This document shows, one piece after another, positions 28,625 to 41,590 of a DNA stretch of 63,908 nucleotides. Each line of letters starts with the position of its first letter. Position 1 is the first letter of the stretch. The stretch spans positions 155,992,001-156,055,908 of the forward strand of contig NC_042998.1 in NCBI RefSeq assembly GCF_006345805.1. The letters are read 5' to 3'. Position numbers and translations under genes: made by a program. The stretch comes from Octopus sinensis. Taxonomy: Eukaryota. Below the pieces are notes generated by a model. It saw only the letters and a list, made by a program, of their open reading frames with translations, did no database searches and was not told where the DNA came from.

Positions 28625-30314
28625 GCTGTGCATTTACATTTTTTTTTATATGTGAGTAGTAACAAGAAGAAACTTTAAAGACTCATACAAATGGTGAAAT
28701 CCAGGAAGTCCCACTGTGTGGGGCCAAATCCCAAACTTTATATAATGCACTCACATACATATGTGTGAACGAGTGGCAAATATTTTTTTCCTGCTTTTTC
28801 TTGTTGAATTTTTTTTTAAGACAAAAATGATGTCAAATTTTTAATACATTGTGCTTGTGACAAAAACGCAGCAAACATAAGGCACTAATTCAGCGTTTGA
28901 GAAATATATGGCAATTTTGTTTCTTTATAAATTACAAGAAATTTATGTTATATATATGTAACTAAATGAAATATATCAACCATTTCCTACAAGAAAAAAC
29001 TCTCCACATTACAGTCTCACTAATTGTGAAAAACATTTACATCAATCATATTCTATGAAATTTAAAACCCTTGTATAATTGTGTACATGCACAAGTGTAT
29101 GCGTGTTGCCTGAAAATTTTACAGACTCTAAGGTTAGTGGTCATGATCTGCACAAACTACTTAAAATAGATCTGTTTGTTATGCTGGTGAGCAAAGCAGA
29201 AAGTCAATTACATGTAATTAATGCAATGAAAGTTTAGATTTACATGTGAAATAGTATTTTATGCTTAATTAGAGTAAAATTTTGCAAAGAGAAATAAATA
29301 AATATAATGAAATAAAATTTTGTAGAAACCTTCCTTGATCCATGAATAAACTTTTGATCTTTAAAGTGATTTAATTAGTTCTTCAGGGGATCTAATAACA
29401 AGATATGAAAGATATATGTAATCTCAAATCAAATTGGTGACTGAAAAATTTTTCTCTGAACTAAAGTTACAAAAGATCATACATTTATCTCTTATTGAGA
29501 ATTCATATTGTATGACAATGAAACAGTTTTTCAGACATTGCAGGCTATTAGTAATATATTTACTTTCCAATGATGTTTGGAAATTATAAGTATCAAACAT
29601 GATTTATTGAGCAACACTGTGGAAACAATGATGCATCAAAGTATAATCAGTTGAATTAAATCTTCTGAATAATTCATATTTCATTGACTTGAATTTAGAA
29701 AATACAGGAATATAGCAAAATAATGAAAGGCATCTAATGCAAGATTACCATTTTTGTAATTTCATCAAAATTAATAATAACAATGATAATTATTACTGTC
29801 AGGTATTCTAGTACAATATTGATTTCTTGTTAAAATCAATGTTACTCAATTGCAAACACCAGTAAGAGCCACTTAATGTATGTTTCTTAAAACTTTGTGA
29901 AAAGGCAAAGATGTCACAATTCTTTTTTTGCTTCTGACTCTACACTTACAGAAGAAATTATTATTGCTATTATATCATAACTCATACAATGTTACAGGGG
30001 AGATGAAAAAAGTATGTCTCTCTTATTGATGTATAAAAAAAGTCTAAAATATTAAATCAAATATCTAATTAGAAGAAATTAAGTTCTGTATATTTTTAAT
30101 GATCCTAATATTTTCTACTTTATTACATCAGCATCTTATTGCATAGCAAAATTAAAGATACCTTGTTTTGACTCTACCTCTACCTCTAAGTGTGTATGAG
30201 TGTGTGTATGTGTGTTAGTATATATGTTGCCTATTAAATCAAACCAAATAGTTACAAATTAACACACTAAGCAAATTCTATTAATTTAAAGTGAATATAC
30301 AGACATACATACTA

Positions 30315-30359
<45 letters not shown>

Positions 30360-31024
30360 GGTCCAACCCATGCTAGCATGGAAATCGGACGCTAAATGAT
30401 GATGATACACACACACACAGGCATACAGACACACATCTATATTTATATAACCATACATATAAAATTATACACATTGCATTTTTGCATGCATATTTGAAAA
30501 ATTCATGCATATGGAAGCGTGTATACAAGTGTGCATATATGCATGTATGTATGTGTGTAACACAATATTTATACACACAAATGCTTTCATATATTTATGC
30601 ACATAACCACATACACAACACTCACACATATAATATATATATATATATATTTGATAAATGAAGGAATCTAAAAAAGATATATTTTTTTAAAGTTAATGCA
30701 CACTATTAAATTGGCAAATTATAATAAAATGTTAAAAATAAATTAAAAATATGATAAAATAAATCATTTTTGAAAATGTGATCCAAAAATGCTGCCCCCT
30801 ATGAAATTGTTGCTTTTATGCTTTGTTGTGTACATATAAACATTTTATTAGCTCTTCAGTGCTACTGTTGATATTCTTTGAAATTATGCATGTGTGTCTG
30901 TAGACATACATACATACATATATTACACACACGCACACACACACACACATGATGTATCTATATATATTGCATATATACACATATACGTGAATGCATACAT
31001 GCTTACACACACATAGACACCCAC

Positions 31025-31066
<42 letters not shown>

Positions 31067-31715
31067 TTTATACATTTGTGTATTTGTGTGTGTATGTATG
31101 CATGCATGTATGTGTATATATACATATATATTTATATATATGCATACATACCACCATATTTGGATTTACATACATATATTTGTATAAAATCTGTAAATTA
31201 TATTATATATGTATGTATTCGTAATTTATGGATTATATATATCTGCATGTATTTTAAATTCAATCGTTTTCCTTTATGTTGTTCAAAAAATAAAAAATAA
31301 AAATTGTTAAAAAAAAACAAACAAAATTCCATTGAAACAAATGCATATTCTATTGCTGGCAAAGAATCGAAAATCATGAAAAAATAAAATATAAACATAA
31401 AAAAGAAAAATAGCATTAAATTTAGAAAATCTGCCATCTGGTATTTTTAAGTTATAAAAATAAAGATATATATGTATATATAAATATATATATGTATGTA
31501 TATATATAATATATATAATATATATAAATATAATAATGTACTTGTTTGTTTTAATTGATTTATTTGTATTGTGGTTAACAGCTTTTCAGATTCAGTTCCA
31601 AGTGGCTGAAATATCTTTCTTTTTGGTTTTAATTTTTTTGTAAATGGTTTTCTTCATCACTGAAACTTTAGGCATAATAATTAAATTTATCTTTAATAAG
31701 AGTTAGGAGATTAAG

Positions 31716-32110
31716 GCATAGGAGTAGCTGTGTGGTAAGTAACTTGCTTACGAACCACAAGGTTCTGGGTTCAGTCCCACTGCGTGGCACCTTGGGCAAG
31801 TGTCTTCTACTATAGTCTCTGGCTGACCAAAGCCTTGTGAGTGGATTTGGTAGACGGAAACTGAAAGAAGCCCGTTGTATGTATGTATGTATGTATATAT
31901 ATATATGTGTGTGTGTGTCTATGTTTGTCCCCCCCAACATCACTTGATAACCGATGCTGGTGTGTTTATGTCCCCGTAACTTGGTTCGGCAATGGAGACT
32001 GATAGAATAAGTACTGGGCTTACAAAGAATAAGTCCTGGGGTCAAGTTGCTTGACTAAAGGTAGTGCTCCAGTATGGCCACAGTCAAATGACTGAAACAA
32101 GTAAAGGAGT
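31716..32110 (+). mobile_element. SINE family A, near full length
   Basis: Same head, internal microsatellite and tail as the 2240 copy. Confidence 0.85.
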
Positions 32111-32256
32111 TATTTTAGTGATAGTACTCATGTGGTGTATGTTTCAGTTTGCTGTTTCAAAGAAGAATGTGACAAAAAAATTAGAATATATTTGTTTTAT
32201 GCAAACGAATCTGGAAACACTGATATGACATGTATTCCTGGTTCAAGAGAAATACC

Positions 32257-32519
32257 ATGAGTTTATGGTGGAAAATACCTGAACATAAAGGCCTTGCAGA
32301 CAAGTGGTGGCACATGGAATGGAATGGTTGTATTTTACATACCAATTTGGATAAATTAATTATAAAACATTGGCATTGGTACATATATACATACATACAT
32401 ACAAGTGCTATGAGTTTGTGGTGGAAAGTACCTGAGCATAAAAGCTTTGCAGACAAGTGGTAGCACATGGAGTGGAATGGATGTATTTTACATACCAATT
32501 TAGATAAGTCAATTATGAA
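32257..32519. repeat. Direct repeat, 2 x 110 bp (32257-32366 and 32410-32519), about 89% identical
   Basis: Manual alignment gave 12 mismatches. Confidence 0.9.
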
Positions 32520-32559
32520 GCGTGTGTGCACATGCACACACACATACACATGCTAATAT

Positions 32560-35270
32560 TGAACAGTGAGATGTGCTCAACACCACATTGGAAATGAGTA
32601 CTAACATTCTCAAGTGGTATGCTTGAATAGTTGTAAAGATCTGCCATTGCATGAAACCATTGGTAGTCTTGTTAACTCTCAAATAATATACATACTTATA
32701 TATATATGATTAAAACTTAGGTAGGAGACTTTAAGGTGTATCCAAACCTTGTTATGGGAATGTCTTTTGTAGCATGCCTGCAGAGCACGTTCACTGCTTG
32801 TAGCTACTAGGTGTCATCCAGGATAATCCTCTTTTGTTGCTCATACATAAGCAATTCCTTGGTGTATGTTGAGTGTATTCTAAATGATTAATATGGAAGA
32901 TAGAGTGTACTGGAAGCTTTATTTATTTGGGGAACAATGTAATGGGATTGAATGCACCCCATATTGCAGAAAGAAGAAACCTCCTCAGGTCACATAAAGT
33001 GGTTCAGTGCTATAAGATGTACATTTTCTATCATGTGTGGCAAGATATATACTTTAATGGCAATGGAAATACAAAATCCCATAGCCATGGTACTTCTGTG
33101 AGGGGTAGTGGCACTAGGTGGTCTTAACTTTGAAAGATTGAACAATGTCACATAAATGGTGATTATTCTTGGTGATAAACTCACTTAGAGAATACTTATT
33201 TATATATAACACACTGAAGACATTGCTTTGATCCACCAATGGTTTGTGATAGGGTTTGCAATTTTGTGGAAAAGGAGTAATTCTCTTTCTAGGCTAGCCT
33301 AAAGTTTAGCTGTATTGGCATTATCTTTGAACTGCATCAAGTGTTGTGGAGAGGCAAAGATTCTTATTACTCTACCTGGTCCTGTGCCCTGAAGAAAGTT
33401 ACCCCTGATAAGTTTCCTATTTGAATAAGACAGACATTTGCACATAACTAGGCACACACATGTATAATCTGAATATACAATGTGCAAAGATGGATACTTC
33501 TACTACTGTGGATAATGATGGTGAGGAGGAGAAAAAGCGACTCATATAACATAGTGGTCATTCTGTGAGTTGTGTCCTTTTGTAATGGGAATGGAAGATT
33601 TGAATCATGTTGTAAAGCATATCAAATGATTCCCATTTGAGGAGGAAATTATAAGATGATCACTGAAAGCTTTCATAGATAATTTAATGATTGTGTCAAG
33701 CCAAAAAGTATGAGTTGAAGTAAACTTGAACTAATTTCATGGGGTTCAATGAAGTTTAAGGCAAAGGTTTCAGAATAGGGAGTAAAGGGTATGATATGCT
33801 GATAGAAAGCAAACTTTGAAAACTGACACTGTGGAGTAAAGATTCAGGAGCTAGTGAAAGTAGATTGATAGGATAATGATTCTTAGAAAGGCAAAAATCT
33901 GATGCTGTCAGTTTGGATTACTACCAAAAGCTGTATCATAGCAATTACAAGAGTTGAGCAGCTAAAACAAATTATGAATGCTTACTATAGGAAGTGACTG
34001 GGAATATCAAGAATGTTGACCCATGGTGCTCTCTTTAGCTATTTGAGGAAATTGCAATTGCCATTGACACAGGGACCTGAAGAATTTAAACAAGCAAAGT
34101 GCACTTGATTATTATGAGAGAGTCTGGAGATGCAACTATTGCCAAATGATGCTTCCAATTTGAAGTTGATGCAAGCAGAATGAAGTCATGCACATGAAAA
34201 GTTGAGCATTTTGAGTGTGGTGCAAACTGGCAGATGAAGTGCATGCTTTCCACCTACAAAGCAATGTTTCAGTTTGCAAAGTTGGAAGGGCAGGTGAAAT
34301 TTGGTGGTGGAAATCTTCAAAATGAAGGAGAATAAGATTGAGCCCAAAGACAGCAGAGCAGAGAGTTCAGAATGCTTGGATGCACTGGGACAAAGCAGAT
34401 TAGAAGTGCATCTCATTGAAGATCTACTTTTAAAGCAGATCATCAAGATCAATCTGGCTTTTGATTGGTTCCACAGTTGATGTGCTGCCATCTCCAGTGA
34501 ATTCTAAGTGATGAAGAATTGGTAAAAGTGAGATGTAAAAGTTCTGCATGAAGTCAAATGTGTTGCTGGAACAGGTATTTTCTTACTATGGAGCTATTCC
34601 CTCAGCTATCTTGGAGGCAGCTGGCAGAGTTTATGAACAAGTTGGTGCAAAGAAAGAAGGATGCAGGACTACAGAAAGTGAGCAGTATTAAATTTGGGAT
34701 GGAGGGAAAAAAGTAAAGAGATGAAAAGGATTTGTGGGATGTTAGCAGTGGCAAATGACTAGAAGGTGCTAGTGAATGAGAAAGCAAAATAGATGGTACC
34801 AGCAGAAGTGATGGAACTTGATTTGTCTTTTGTGATAAGAGTGGAATTTCTTAAGTTTATCATAGAGTTGACTGCTGTGAAATATGAGGACAACAGAAGT
34901 GAAAGGGAGGAAGAGGAAAAGTATGTAGAGTTGGTGGGAGAGTGCAGGGGAAATGGATGGAAGACAGATCTATGGACAGTGGAAACATAAAGTGGTGCTT
35001 TGTAAGAAATGCTGTTGAGAAGTGGATTTGGACTTTGTAGTTGGAGGTGAAGAGGAAGGGTGGTTAAAGCAGATTTGTTTGACAGCAAGATTGGTCCATA
35101 TTGGGTAGCATATAAGGTGGTAACTATCAGTTGATGGGATACTGAGTATGGCATCCTAATGTTGTACCAGCCAGCTAGACGAAGATGTAGTATACTCAAA
35201 CGGCTGAAACATCGATAAAGTCTAATAGAAAACAACAGTTCAAGTCTTTTAAACAGCAGCAAGTGTTACT
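32560..35270 (-). mobile_element. Highly degenerate L2/CR1-like LINE
   Basis: Minus-strand remnants resembling PQGS.LGP / FADD (LQGTGPG...QFKDN, about 33300-33400) and EN-like segments at 34760-35260. No intact motif survives. Confidence 0.45.
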
Positions 35271-35953
35271 ATGAAAGAGGATCGATAATTTATTTTTAGA
35301 AACACGTTGTACAAATGTTTATGTATCAACGTTCCTTCAGTAACTCTCTCAGAGCAGCTCGAAGAAGGTGAAAAAACATATGAACTAGCAGAAATAATTC
35401 ACTGATTGGGTATTTCTTCATCTAAGTATGCGTCTAATATTGAGACTGACTAACTGAAAAGTTCCGTTCGAAGATGAGATTCGGTTATTGCGATAGACGA
35501 AGAATGAATAAACAACTCAGGTTTGTGGCTTATAATAATAATAAATTGCAATGGCTTGTAGCAGTGAAAGCTTGTAACAGTAGAGTAAGTTGTAATGGCC
35601 TAAGGTCATCGTCGTCATTAGCAAATTGTTTGTGAGGCATTTTCTATGCATTTCTAATCAATTTATGAACTCCACTTCTGCCCTGCTGCTATTTCTCGCC
35701 ACTTTGCTAACGCTTATGGATGCTGTTTTCCCTCTTTTGTGAGATCCATCGCATGTTGCTGATGACAAATTTCGTTCAATTAGTCTGCTAATCCGGTTTC
35801 TGAACTCTTTTTGTGCTATCAAAAACACATTCAATTTCTATTAACCGGGGATTTTGTGTCAGTCTTGTCTTAGCTGACTACGCTGGGCGCCAATTTGTGG
35901 CCCGTGTAGCCAACTACCTGAGACGGTAGACTCCGCTCAGCCTAATGGTTAAC

Positions 35954-36218
35954 TTTGCTGTTAACCCTGGTGAAAGGCTCACGAACAGTGATATGTTAGA
36001 ACCAGTGCTGTATGTTGGTGCTGTGTAGATGTAGTTGACGACGTTGGTGAGAGACATGATGGTGGCGACCAAGTTGGAGGATGCTGCAATGTGGTCTGTG
36101 ATTGGACCATAGAAGGTCTGGAACCAACAGACGTCAACAACATCTACACAACACCAACACACTACACTGGTTCTAACATATCGCTGTTCGTGAGTCTCGT
36201 ACCAGGGTTAACAGCAAA
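35954..36218. repeat. Fold-back: 95-bp inverted arms (35954-36048 and 36123-36218) around a 74-nt spacer
   Basis: tttgctgttaaccctggt...gacgacgttggt versus accaacagacgtc...accagggttaacagcaaa, roughly 85% complementary by eye. Confidence 0.9.
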
Positions 36219-36435
36219 CATACAACCCACGCAGATGCATGTAGATATAGACGAGTGGTCGGCATTAAAGACAAAGTTACTACCTTGTTCCATGTATTTC
36301 TTTATATCGTGTTCCTGTTGTAGCAATATTGTTTTCTTCATTGCTATCTTCACCGTTTGAGAGGAATATTAAGAATGATCTCGTTTGAGATTACAAACAT
36401 CTTTGGCTAGTTTAACGTTGTTGTGTCCACTATTT

Positions 36436-36609
36436 TGATTGGTTGGCATCTAAGCGCGATTTGTCTACTTATTTCGCGCCACTGGCCAAAGCCAACCAAT
36501 CACGGCCTTTGGTTAAGGTCCCATTTCCTAGGCTCTGTTGAGCCACCTTACTTGTATATAAGGGAGTGTTTTCAGTATACTTGCGTCTTTGGTTCCAGTC
36601 CTTATAAGG
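36436..36609 (+). promoter_or_regulatory. Orphan promoter-like cassette: inverted CCAAT pair, E2F-like site, TATA, CArG
   Basis: tgATTGGttggc (36436-36447) and gccaaCCAATca (36491-36502) are exact inverted repeats; TTTCGCGC at 36472-36479; TATATAA at 36555-36561; CCTTATAAGG at 36600-36609. Confidence 0.45.
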
Positions 36610-36741
36610 GCTAACCTCTGACCACAGAGCTACTCAACATGTTCCAGTCACAGCGACAGACGATCAGCCACGACGACGCTAATGTACACCCGCAACAGAA
36701 AACCAATTTCTATCTCCGCCGCCGTCGTCACCATCATTGTA

Positions 36742-37087
36742 CCAACATCGTCTCCATCTACGAAGATTCAACTTGTACACGACAAGATAAATACAGATTC
36801 AACTCATGCTGTTAGTGTGAAAATCTCACCACGGAAAAACAGTTGCAGTATATATATCTGAAAGAATATCTATATCAAGAGAAAAAAAACAAGCAAAACA
36901 TGATATGAAGACGCTATAGTAAACCAAGCGACAGACATAACGTCATCGCCAACATTGTCTCTATCTACGAAGATTTAACTTGTACACAAGATAACTACAG
37001 ATTCAACTCATGCTGTTAGGTGAAAATCTCACCAAGGAAAAACAGTTGCAGTATATATATCTGAAAGAATATCTATATCAAGAGAAA
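36742..37087. repeat. Direct repeat, about 140 bp x 2 (36742-36884 and 36949-37087)
   Basis: ccaacat.gtct..atctacgaagatt...tatatcaagagaaa appears twice. Confidence 0.85.
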
Positions 37088-37951
37088 GATAAGCACAAGT
37101 GATTCAACTAATCTCAGCTCCGAGACACAACATCTTGATATTGAACGCTTACACTTCGTGTACCTCATGAACAGTAAATGAATTTCCATCATTAACTCTA
37201 TGCTCTGTACCTACTATGTCACACGCTTTCACCCTTATTGTATCTGTCACACACACGAACACACAGACACAAACACGTGTTGCATGCACACACGCACTTG
37301 CTAGCACTCACAACCTTCTAACCTTAACACCAATTGTAAATAAAATCTTATCTTCTCTCAAACAGTGGAACGGCTTTGTCGTCAATTCACCTATGTTCTT
37401 TTGGTACTGCATTGTATTTATGGCTTATAATAATTCGTTAAGAATATGACCACGTGCGATCGTATTCCCTACACAATGCGACCACGCGCGTTCATATTTC
37501 TTACACTGTCAAATGATATTGCAGTCTTCTGAGTAGAGTCACATTAGATAGAACCACAACCTATCCGTCTATAATGTTAACCCCGACGTGATGCACAGAC
37601 TATTCTTCTATAATGGTCATCTTGACGTGGAAAACATATCCTTCTATAATGGTGACCCCGATGCAACATGGACACCTATCCATCTATATTGATGACCTCA
37701 ATGTTCCTGACCACTATCCTTGTATAAATCTTTCTAATTTTAACTCAAGGCCATCAATTCTGAGAGGAGAAGGGAAAGTCGATTATATCGACCTAGTACT
37801 TGAGTGGTGCTTTATTTTTATCTACCAGGAAGGATAAATGGCAATATTGACCTCTGCCGGATTTGAACGTAATGAGTTGGAAGAAATGTTGCCCAGCATT
37901 TTGTTCAATACACTAACAATCCCGTTAATTATCCATCACTACCACCAGCAC

Positions 37952-38258
37952 AGTGGAGCACAGGGCCTAGTGGTTAGAGCAGCGTACTCGCGGTCGAGTG
38001 ATCGCGGGTTTGAATCTCAGACCGGGCGATGTGTGTGTTTATGAGCGAAACACCTAAGCTCCACGCGGCTCCGACAGAAGGTTATGGCGAACTTCTGCTA
38101 ACTCTTTCGCCACAACTTTCTCTCACTCTTTCCTCCTGCATCTTGCAGCTCACCTGCGACGGACCGGCGTCCCGTCCAAGTGGGGAACCTATATATCAAG
38201 GAAACCGGGAAACCGGCCCTATGAGCCAGACATGGCTCGAGAAGGAACAAACAAACCA
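37952..38258 (+). mobile_element. tRNA-headed SINE with a V-domain-like core (family D)
   Basis: Head ggagcacagggcctagtggttagagc...gggtttgaatctc; core tgcgacggaccggcgtcccgtccaagtgggg resembles the V-SINE motif TG.GATGGACTGGCG.CC.GTCCAGGG as I recall it. Confidence 0.6.
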
Positions 38259-38419
38259 TCAGCACAACAACAACAGCAGCAACAACAATGGTTTCAAATT
38301 TTGACACAACATTTAGGATTTTGCGGGGAGGGAGTAAGTCAATTACATTGGCCCCGGTGCTCAGCTAGTACTTGTTTTACCCACCCCGAAAGGATGAAAA
38401 GCAAAGTTGACTGCAGCTG

Positions 38420-39720
38420 CTACCACTATTGCTCTTATAACTACACGTTGCTGTTGGTGCTGCTACTGTTGTGTTGTGAAGTCGGCGGAAGTGGAAGTAT
38501 TTCTTCTTTCCTTGTTTGCTACGGACAGGGAAGTCTTGGTAAGGTTTATTTCACTGCACAAGCGACATCTTAGTTCTCTGCCCTCAATGGCTACAAGTAA
38601 TTTTGTGTTGTCTGGCAGATTGATTAAATCCGTGATGACTTCCATGCTCTGGTAATCCGTTTGGATTAATAGCTCCATCTCTTGGTTCGACCAATTTTAC
38701 TTCTACTGCATTTGGGCTTGCAGAATACTAGTTTTGTTCGAGGACAGCTACCGTTAACAAGTAGATGTTTCTTTTTTTTCTGGCGGCTCGCTGACTGTCT
38801 TTATTTTTACTACCCTACAGTCAAGGTAGATGGATATGAGAACCAGTTCGTCACTCCTTTGTTGTGGAATGCTTTCTTGTCACATCTGTAGAGATTCTCT
38901 TCTATATTGTGCAGTAATTTTCCCCTTGATGACGTATATGTTGGTGATCTAGATTGGTTTGAGGCTTTATTTCCCTATTTCTTTTTTTTTTTCTTTTTGC
39001 TATCGCAGTTGTATACCTCACTTCCGAGGCTGGTTTCTTGTCGGATGAATTTCATATGTTTGGCACAATATTTCATCCAGACCTCAAAAGTAAGGTTCGC
39101 GTATATTTTAATTTTTTCGACGATAAAATAATTTCTTTGTCTGAATGATGGCGTCAGCGAACCCACCAACGCTAGATTTGCAAGTTCTTGTGTCTTTATG
39201 TTTTAGCGCTGGCGTTAAAAGTGGCGGTAGCGGAGATGGACTGTACAAGTGTGTTGGAAGGGCAATTTAAATTTGATTTTTTTTGTTCTTCTGTTCAGTT
39301 TTCGTTTTTGTTGTTTTCATTTTCATTGTTAAAGTTGTTGTGTTCATTTGCCTTGTTGTTGTTGTTGCTGGTGTTACTGCTGTTGTTGTTATTGCTGCTG
39401 TCGTTGTTGTTTCGGTTGGCAGTGATGGTGGAAGTGGAAGTGGCAAAGGTTTTAAAATGGGAAGACAGCGTCAAAACAACTCTCCCAATCTCTAATACCA
39501 TTACTCTGACTTTTGCCAAAAAATCCGACACCATGATTTCATGTTATTTTTCAAAAAACAGATATATGTTGCAAAATAAATAAGATATCCGCCCAGAAGG
39601 GGTGAAAGATTCACAAAGCCAATTAGCCTCAGGAGATGCTGGCTTAACAACAAAATGGTACAATAAAAGCCAAAATAACTTTCTTCAAAACAACAAAATT
39701 ATTAACAACTAACGAGTTCT
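38420..39720 (-). mobile_element. Degenerate ORF1-type element 'E' (Tx1-like ORF1 relic)
   Basis: Minus strand GKITAQY...LISIYLDCRVVKIK and LPDNTKLLVAIEGRELRCRLC align to D, B and C; GT-rich 5' UTR at about 39560-39720. The 3' end is lost at a SINE. Confidence 0.6.
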
Positions 39721-39754
39721 AAAACGACGTTTTGCCCTTGCAGATACAAAAATA

Positions 39755-39972
39755 ATAATTCTAATATTGGCACAAGGTCAGAAATTTTGATGGTTGGAGG
39801 CAAATCGATTGCATCGACCCCAGTGATAAAATGCTACTTATTTTATCGACCCCAAAAGGATGAAAGGCAAAGTCGACCTTGGCGCCATTTAAACTCAGAA
39901 CATAAAGATAGACGAAATGCTACTAAGATTTTTGCCCGGCGAGCTAACGGTTCTGCCAGCTCGCTGCTTTAA
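39755..39972 (-). mobile_element. SINE family C; degenerate copies at about 19590-19760, 37700-37870, 38300-38415 and 42700-42845
   Basis: ...atcgaccccaaaaggatgaaaggcaaagtcgacc...ttctgccagctcgctgcttt. Confidence 0.8.
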
Positions 39973-39974
39973 TG

Positions 39975-40010
<36 letters not shown>

Positions 40011-40145
40011 GCACTACTATGCACCGCACACATCCTACGTAAAACATTTTCAATACAGTAATCATAAGAGCATCACAGCAAACCACAGTACATACCCAAG
40101 GCACACCGAGCTGCGTTCGGTAGTGCAGTGAAAGCACGTTATAAA

Positions 40146-40158
40146 AATAAGACTACTG

Positions 40159-40209
<51 letters not shown>

Positions 40210-40251
40210 GATAATAATATGATAATGATGATAATAATAATGATAATGATG

Positions 40252-40300
<49 letters not shown>

Positions 40301-40320
40301 TAATAATAATAATAATAATC
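40146..40320. repeat. (AAT)n/(GAT)n microsatellite
   Basis: Direct inspection; it abuts the 3' end of the Tx1 copy that follows. Confidence 0.95.
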
Positions 40321-40321
40321 C

Positions 40322-41590
40322 TTTCTTTATAAACCACTGAGGATTCATATAATAGATTGGAAATGATATAGGACATTATAATACATATAGAGTGGGATTG
40401 AATCGTGTAAAAAGAGAATAAAGATAAAAAATTACAACAAATAAATCCCCAAAAGATGGAGGCTTCTAAAGGCTGCTCGTGGAAACTCCACAGAAACTAC
40501 GATCGCCCTGACCTCTAAGGAAAGTGCCTTCTCCACTTCATCTACTCTCGATCTACATTCACCCATCTTTGGAAAAGTTTACGAGGGCTTGGCCAGAGAG
40601 GAAAGTGCCTGACTTCAGCCCTTTTAACCTGGTTTACCACACAACCTCTTTCGCTAAGGCCATCAGACAAAGAAAATCTGCTTGTCTTTCCCTGCCAAAG
40701 GAAAGCGGCGGGGTGATCGTCACGATGGTCTCAGCTGATAGCCGGATCCGTCCTACACGCGACATCAGGTGTTCAACATAAACTTTACAAGTCAGCAATG
40801 TTTAGGCATTGGACGAGGACGTGCAGAACAGTTTCGTCGCTCTGCGCGCACTTCGGGCAAGCCCGGCTGACGGCACTTCCATGCCTGTAGAGTTTACCCC
40901 GAAACAGCAACGCCCGCTAGTAGCCTCTGCCAGGCCAGAGATTTCTGGAAGTTATCCATAGGCCTCGGCCCGAAGGTCCTTCATAACAGACCAGCCAACT
41001 TATTCTCATCGACGCCAAGTTTCCCCAAGAACGTTGTCACAAACCTTCCATAGAATGCCTGAGTGGAACTTCCAGTGACCACATTGCCCGACTGACAGAG
41101 GACTGTGAGTGCCAGACGACAGGTGTCAGGTGCTCTGCCTCGGCCTACTCTTGATCCAGGATTGCAGCTCTGACAAAGAGACGAGCTGTGGAAAATCGTG
41201 TTTGACAAACGACGACCACACCTATTCACCGTCTAGAAAATACTGGAGATGTCGCAGCCCAAACGGTTGGGCGGAGTGTTGTTGAAATGCTGCATACATG
41301 TGCTCGGGCTCGAGTACTATGCACCCATTTTGGTCCACGAAAGACCGAATTGTGGCTTTGTTGCTACGTTGTGCCTCTTCCACTCGGGTCCATCGAGCAG
41401 CTTTCGTTCCCGCTTGTCTTGGAGTACGCATCTTAGTTCTAACAATGCAACCTTCATGTTTAGCATTGACTCAGGACTCATCTTACCTTTTCTTAGAAAC
41501 AGCAGTCAAATTTGTCCATCATCATCGAGAAAATTCTCCTGAGTTCACAAACGGGCCAGTAATTTTTAATGTTTTCATATCTTTTCCTGT
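40322..41590 (-). mobile_element. L1/Tx1-clade ORF2 relic, internally deleted
   Basis: Post-EN linker KATIRSFVDQNG...AFQQH joined to the C-terminal region TQAFYGRFV...GVDENKL, homologous to 56.6-57.0 kb. Confidence 0.75.

Noticed and set aside
40338-40375. CTGAGGA...GAAA on the plus strand
   Set aside because: No stem II can form; the sequence is the antisense of a Tx1 3' end.
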